Origin: Candidatus Helarchaeota archaeon
GTDB taxonomy: Archaea > Asgardarchaeota > Lokiarchaeia > Helarchaeales > RDOG01
Length of the DNA: 64,000 nucleotides
Reading direction: 5' to 3'
Assembly: GCA_019058315.1 (NCBI GenBank)
Contig: JAHPZH010000004.1
Location: 384,001 to 448,000 of the forward strand
Positions within the stretch are counted from its first letter, which is position 1; each line of letters begins with the position of its first letter. The notes beneath the pieces were generated by a model. The model worked only from the letters and a program-made list of their open reading frames with translations. It did no database searches and was not told where the DNA came from. The position numbers and the translations under genes are program-made. Below, one piece after another: positions 59,165 through 64,000 of this stretch.

Positions 59165-60766
59165 TTAAATTTCTTTAATCAAGCTGATTTTTATTTGAGT
59201 AATTTTATACAAGGTTTCTCTTTTTGAGATATTTAACCTTTCAAATTTTTTCTCATAACGCTCTTGAGATATCGTATTTTTTTGATATAGTCTCTCGAGG
59301 GTTGAAAATTGTTTTTTAAGATTATCTAATTCTAGTTCCAGATTCAATATTTTTTTCTCAATATCCTCGTGTTCAATATTTTTATTGATTGGATTTAATG
59401 CATTATTTACTTGCGTTTCTTCTGGTATTTTTCCAGAATCTTTAATATTTTGCTGATTATTTATTGAAAAAGTAGACAAATTTTTTGATTCTTGAATTGT
59501 AGTTGTACACGCAAAATTATTATCATTACTAATCCATGTAGTATTTGGAACAGTAATTGACTGCAGTAGTTCTGCATCCATTGGTTTAATTTTTGCTTTT
59601 AGTTGTGTGATCGTATTTAATTTAGGATTTGACTCTAATTTCACTTTTGGAATTTCTATAACATCAGATAATTGCTTAATTTCATTAGATTTTTCTCTCT
59701 TTTCTTTATTATTTTCTAAATTTTCAGAAATTTTCGATTTTATCCATTTTGCTCTTTCTAAAAACTCATATGCTATTTTAGAATCTCCTAAGTCTATACA
59801 ATTTTTCGCAATTTTTTCAAATATTAAAATAGCAGTTTGGAATTCTTGATTAATTAAAGCATTTTCTGCAGCTTCAACTAATTTATCACGATCTAGTAGT
59901 GGACGTATTAAAGGAGATATTTCTGTAGAGATCCCTAATGTTTGTGCTACTATTTCTATCATTTTTGCACGATTATTTGGGTCAATTGCAATCATACCAT
60001 GTGTATTAATACCTAAAAGGGTTTCAATTTCTTCTGCTGTTAATACATCTGGTAAATCTTGTTTATTTGCAACTACACACAATTTAGCAGTAGGAACCTT
60101 CTCATTTGTTAGTCTTATGAAAAATTTTGATTTTTCAATATTTTTCAGACTAGAATCTGTAATAATTAATACTGCATCAGCATCTTTAACGAACTTTGGC
60201 CAAAGAAACGCAAATTGTTCTTGACCTGCAAAATCCCATAAATTAAAATGCAATTTTCCTATTTTTATTGTATATATATCACCAGTTATAGTCGGGTTAT
60301 GAACTTTCGGTATTTCATCTGCTCTTATTAGCTTCGTAATGGTAGTTTTTCCTACTCCACTAAACCCTACTAAGGCGATTTTTGGTCTTAAATCCTTATG
60401 AATAAGATCTGTAATAGGATTTAATGGTTCAAAAATTGATGGATCAATTGCAGTATCAATGATTTTTCTAGAAAATAATTCTTGAAATTCGTCTTTTAAC
60501 CTTTTTAATTGAGTTTTAATCAACTCATTATTATCCATAGGATCACTTACAAGAACAAACAATAATTTCATTTCTTTAATTGAAGCGTATGAAATTTTAA
60601 ATCCCATTAAATCAGGTAAAATTCCGTCAATTTCATCTGGACTTGACTCAATTGATCTACAGAATGTAAATAAAATAGGAGATAAATTTTCCCATGAAAT
60701 AGCTTTTCCGAATTGCCTCCAATATAATAGGTCTAAACCTCTAAGAATATGTATTTCTCTTAACAT
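59165..60766 (-). CDS. Longin-like domain + Arf/Ras-like small GTPase + coiled coil
   Basis: GFSGVGKT, PTI, WDFAGQ, NKQD. Confidence 0.85.
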   Translation of the reverse strand: MLREIHILRGLDLLYWRQFGKAISWENLSPILFTFCRSIESSPDEIDGILPDLMGFKISYASIKEMKLLFVLVSDPMDNNELIKTQLKRLKDEFQELFSRKIIDTAIDPSIFEPLNPITDLIHKDLRPKIALVGFSGVGKTTITKLIRADEIPKVHNPTITGDIYTIKIGKLHFNLWDFAGQEQFAFLWPKFVKDADAVLIITDSSLKNIEKSKFFIRLTNEKVPTAKLCVVANKQDLPDVLTAEEIETLLGINTHGMIAIDPNNRAKMIEIVAQTLGISTEISPLIRPLLDRDKLVEAAENALINQEFQTAILIFEKIAKNCIDLGDSKIAYEFLERAKWIKSKISENLENNKEKREKSNEIKQLSDVIEIPKVKLESNPKLNTITQLKAKIKPMDAELLQSITVPNTTWISNDNNFACTTTIQESKNLSTFSINNQQNIKDSGKIPEETQVNNALNPINKNIEHEDIEKKILNLELELDNLKKQFSTLERLYQKNTISQERYEKKFERLNISKRETLYKITQIKISLIKEI

Positions 60767-60911
60767 AGTGTTAAATCAAATCCATTACTTCTAGCCTTGT
60801 CTTTTATAAATGAAACATTAGTCTTTAATCACTATGTCGGATAGAATTGACATTTCGAATTTAAAAATGATGGATAATTAAACACTATAACTAAAATGAG
60901 GAGTTTATTTA

Positions 60912-62033
60912 ATGCCCATTGGAATGCTTGTTTTTACTTGGGACGACAGAATCGGAGCAGACATAAAAGCGAAAATTCCAAAAGATTTAGAGATACCAGA
61001 ACAGACTATAAAGCAGATTTATTCCTCTCACTTTCTTGAAGAAAGTGGCGGGTTTTTATCCTTAATCATTGGAGCTTTGAATGTAGCAAGTTATTATACG
61101 GGTTCAGAGCTCAGTTATTTCATATCTTTATTATTAACAATAGAAGAAGATCCTGATGATTATGAAGATGCAATAATTGATGCTGCACGATTTATCATAA
61201 CTAATATGGCTAATGAACGATATATAGAGTTATTATCGAATATTTATGAACGAATTTCATTATATCCCTCATTCGAAGAAGAACAAAAGCTTGCACTTGT
61301 TTATATCGATGAAGTAAAACGGTTAATTATTGATAGACTAGTGGAAGATGGCAATGCTACAAAAAATGACCTACTAAATTGGTTAAAAGAAAAATTAAAT
61401 GTTGAATATCTTAATATTGATGGCATTCTTAATTCCTTAGTTAAATTAGGTCTCATAAAAATCGCCTCAGTAAAGGGCTTACCTAGTGAATCTGTATTTT
61501 TAACAAATGATGTTTTTATAACACGTATTCCTCCTGGACACATAATAAAACAAGCAAGAGGTAAAAAAATAAGTGACGCCATGAGATCGGAATTTATTTC
61601 TAATATGAAGGCATATTTTGAAAGGTATAAACCAACATTGGATGATGAAAAAACTATTTCAGAAATAATAGCTGACATCGATACATACACGATCTTGAAT
61701 TTACTAAGATTATCCCCAGTTACCCGAAAGGGGTTAGATAAAGTCAAGAAGAAAGTTAAAAATATCGATTTGTCACTAAAAAAAATTTGGTCAGCAGGCA
61801 TCATTCAAGTATTAAAAGATAAATCAGGTGAGGAATATTTTTTCCTAAAAACAGATATTCGAATAGAAAAATTCTATCCCGAATATATGATTGATATAAT
61901 TCGAACCAGTTTTAATAATCGAACAGTTGCTAACGCTGTATTAATAGAGCATCTAAAAAATCTCAAAGATACCTATGAAACACAATTTAAAATAAAAAAG
62001 AAAAAAAATAAAGAGGAGAAACCAGGTGATTAA
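60912..62033 (+). CDS. Longin/uDENN-like + wHTH protein
   Basis: GMLVFTWDDRIGADIKAKIP N-domain; LNSLVKLGLI wHTH-like. Confidence 0.55.
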   Translation: MPIGMLVFTWDDRIGADIKAKIPKDLEIPEQTIKQIYSSHFLEESGGFLSLIIGALNVASYYTGSELSYFISLLLTIEEDPDDYEDAIIDAARFIITNMANERYIELLSNIYERISLYPSFEEEQKLALVYIDEVKRLIIDRLVEDGNATKNDLLNWLKEKLNVEYLNIDGILNSLVKLGLIKIASVKGLPSESVFLTNDVFITRIPPGHIIKQARGKKISDAMRSEFISNMKAYFERYKPTLDDEKTISEIIADIDTYTILNLLRLSPVTRKGLDKVKKKVKNIDLSLKKIWSAGIIQVLKDKSGEEYFFLKTDIRIEKFYPEYMIDIIRTSFNNRTVANAVLIEHLKNLKDTYETQFKIKKKKNKEEKPGD

Positions 62034-62034
62034 T

Positions 62035-64000
62035 ATGAAAAGCAGTTCGATTTTTAAAAAAGGACTTCAATTTTGTTTGTTAATTGTATTTATCACTAGT
62101 CTTTTTATAGGTTTACATTCAACAAATCGTGACACAAATATTTTTACAAATACTCCCGAAAATTCCCGACACCCCATGGAATTCACAAATCCAATTACCA
62201 TTTCAAAATCTTTACCTAGAGCAGAGTGGTGGAATACCTCATTTCAATATAGAAAACAAATTAATATTACAAACCAATATGATTATGATTTAAATAATTT
62301 TAAAATATCGTTTCAATTTAATTACAGCCAACTGGTTAGCCTGGGAAAAATGCAAAATGATTTAGAAGATATAAGAATCGTTGAAAACGGAACATTATTA
62401 AGATATTATTATATAAAAAATTCACCCACAGCTGGTTTAGCAACGGTTTGGTTCGAAACAAACGTTTCTGCCACATCTTCATATTATTATTCATATATGT
62501 ATTATGGAAATGATACCGTATCCAAAGCTTTAGACTATTATGATGATGAATATTTTGGAATGTTATGGTATGATTTTGAAGATTATAATTCATCAACAGC
62601 AAGAGATTTGATGGGTAAAAATAATGGGACTATTTTTGATGTAGGAGATCATGTAAATTATGTTACTGGTCATGCAGGAAATTATGCGTTAGATTTTGAT
62701 GATACACAGACCGAAGCTTATATTAGTATTCCTAATGATGCAATAAATGGAATATATAATTTTACCATTTGTTTTTGGGCCACTGCTGGACATAGTGGAG
62801 AATATTTAATTTCGGGCTCATACGCAGGAAATCATAACTATATGTTAATGAGGTCCCCTACAGCAGCAGGTTGGCACTTTTATATCTGGATGAGAAATGG
62901 AACAACTCCCCATATTTATACGGATTTAGTTCGAACAGATGGGCTTATATATTCCAATCCAGGTAATCCCGTTTATATAAGTCCTGGTGGATTAATATGG
63001 GCACAAGAACAAGATTCATTAGGAGGCTCGTTTGATCCAAACCAAGCTTTTTCAGGTTCCATCGATGATATCAAGTTTTTTAACCATGATCTATCCTATA
63101 CAGAATTAATTTGGTTATTTAATAATTATACTTTGGATATTTCACTTTTAGGAGAAGAGGTGGCTAGCACTGAGTTTACAGTATTTGTCAAAGATATTGA
63201 AGGTAATTCCGTTCCTGGAGCGGAGGTTAATATATATAATCAATCTGATATCTTGTATCTTCCTGTATTTGGTTATTTTACGAAAAATACCACCTCAAGT
63301 GGAAGCGTAACTTTTGAGGGTGTTCCATTTGGAATGTATAACATAACCGTTAATTATACTTCTACCGAAGGTTTAACCGAAATTGTTAATATTTCTTTAA
63401 ATGTACAAATGAATGAAGTACAGCAAAATTTTACTATCAACACAATACTTTGGACAATTAATTTTAACATTACTGATATTGATTATCAACCAATGGAAAC
63501 AGGTTGGGTTATAGTAAAGAATTTTACGAGTGGTCAAACAATTTCAAATATAACTGTAAACAGTTCTGGAATAGCAATATTTAGATGGTTAAATCACACG
63601 GTAAATTGGACCGGGTTTACTAATATATATAATGTTATTGGTTATAATTATTCTGTATTTTACAATAATTCATTATATAATGGACATCCGTTATTAGTCA
63701 ATGAAAGTATGGTACCAAATATCATCTATTTTCATCAAAACCTTGTTTTTATAATTACTAATCTAACAACATTAAATTTTTTATTGTATTCTAAAGATAC
63801 ATCTGAAATTTTAAATGGTGCAACTATTTTTATTTTTAGAGATAATAACACAGATAATCATGTTGTAAATTTATCTGCACCATTAGGTATTGCAACTTTT
63901 CGATGGGTTAAAAGAGAAGCACCAGAAAATTATACTATGCGTATTTGGTTTTATTCATATAAAGAATTCAATGTATCTGAATCGTTAGATGATTTAGCAT
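62035..64000 (+). CDS. Large secreted surface protein (DUF2341 + LamG-like), truncated by the window edge
   Basis: Signal peptide; WWNTSFQYRKQINITN...DIRIVE; ALDFD...FTICFW...GSIDDIKFF. Confidence 0.75.
   Translation, partial: MKSSSIFKKGLQFCLLIVFITSLFIGLHSTNRDTNIFTNTPENSRHPMEFTNPITISKSLPRAEWWNTSFQYRKQINITNQYDYDLNNFKISFQFNYSQLVSLGKMQNDLEDIRIVENGTLLRYYYIKNSPTAGLATVWFETNVSATSSYYYSYMYYGNDTVSKALDYYDDEYFGMLWYDFEDYNSSTARDLMGKNNGTIFDVGDHVNYVTGHAGNYALDFDDTQTEAYISIPNDAINGIYNFTICFWATAGHSGEYLISGSYAGNHNYMLMRSPTAAGWHFYIWMRNGTTPHIYTDLVRTDGLIYSNPGNPVYISPGGLIWAQEQDSLGGSFDPNQAFSGSIDDIKFFNHDLSYTELIWLFNNYTLDISLLGEEVASTEFTVFVKDIEGNSVPGAEVNIYNQSDILYLPVFGYFTKNTTSSGSVTFEGVPFGMYNITVNYTSTEGLTEIVNISLNVQMNEVQQNFTINTILWTINFNITDIDYQPMETGWVIVKNFTSGQTISNITVNSSGIAIFRWLNHTVNWTGFTNIYNVIGYNYSVFYNNSLYNGHPLLVNESMVPNIIYFHQNLVFIITNLTTLNFLLYSKDTSEILNGATIFIFRDNNTDNHVVNLSAPLGIATFRWVKREAPENYTMRIWFYSYKEFNVSESLDDLA

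Noticed and set aside
6010-62602. Short overlapping or antisense track ORFs (e.g. 6010, 16705, 18296, 19973, 20496, 31106, 33714, 37993, 39189, 42138, 48637, 61301, 62336)
   Set aside because: Shadows of longer motif-bearing genes, with no recognisable motifs

Overview
AT-rich archaeal window, most likely an Asgard archaeon (Loki/Hel-like). This is inferred from the longin-small-GTPase genes, V4R proteins and divergent Cas1; no database was used. Positions 1-29.7 kb are an accessory, defence-type region. It holds two Schlafen/AlbA_2 proteins, an HTH-IrrE/PIN pair, an atypical tRNA (Leu-like body, Ser UGA anticodon) and a 1439+ aa SF2 helicase-wHTH-Zn finger-Cas1-LRR fusion. About 4 kb away lies an array-less HRAMP/ARAMP-like operon: cas7, cas5 and a 225-aa miniature cas10 that retains HD and GGDD motifs. 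This operon is bracketed by a 46-bp direct repeat. One copy overlaps its promoter; the other precedes a ~200-bp conserved, hairpin-rich segment (candidate guide/scaffold RNA) that is retained in a second, cas-deleted copy of the locus 6.3 kb downstream. Positions 30-64 kb are mostly anaerobic metabolism (HdrD/GlcD, AOR, TPP enzyme, ADH, M20 peptidase, FprA, FTR/Grx), Dam, five non-coding hairpin elements, pseudogene fragments and an Asgard-type longin/GTPase cluster. No canonical CRISPR array was found. All product calls come from motif recognition by eye.
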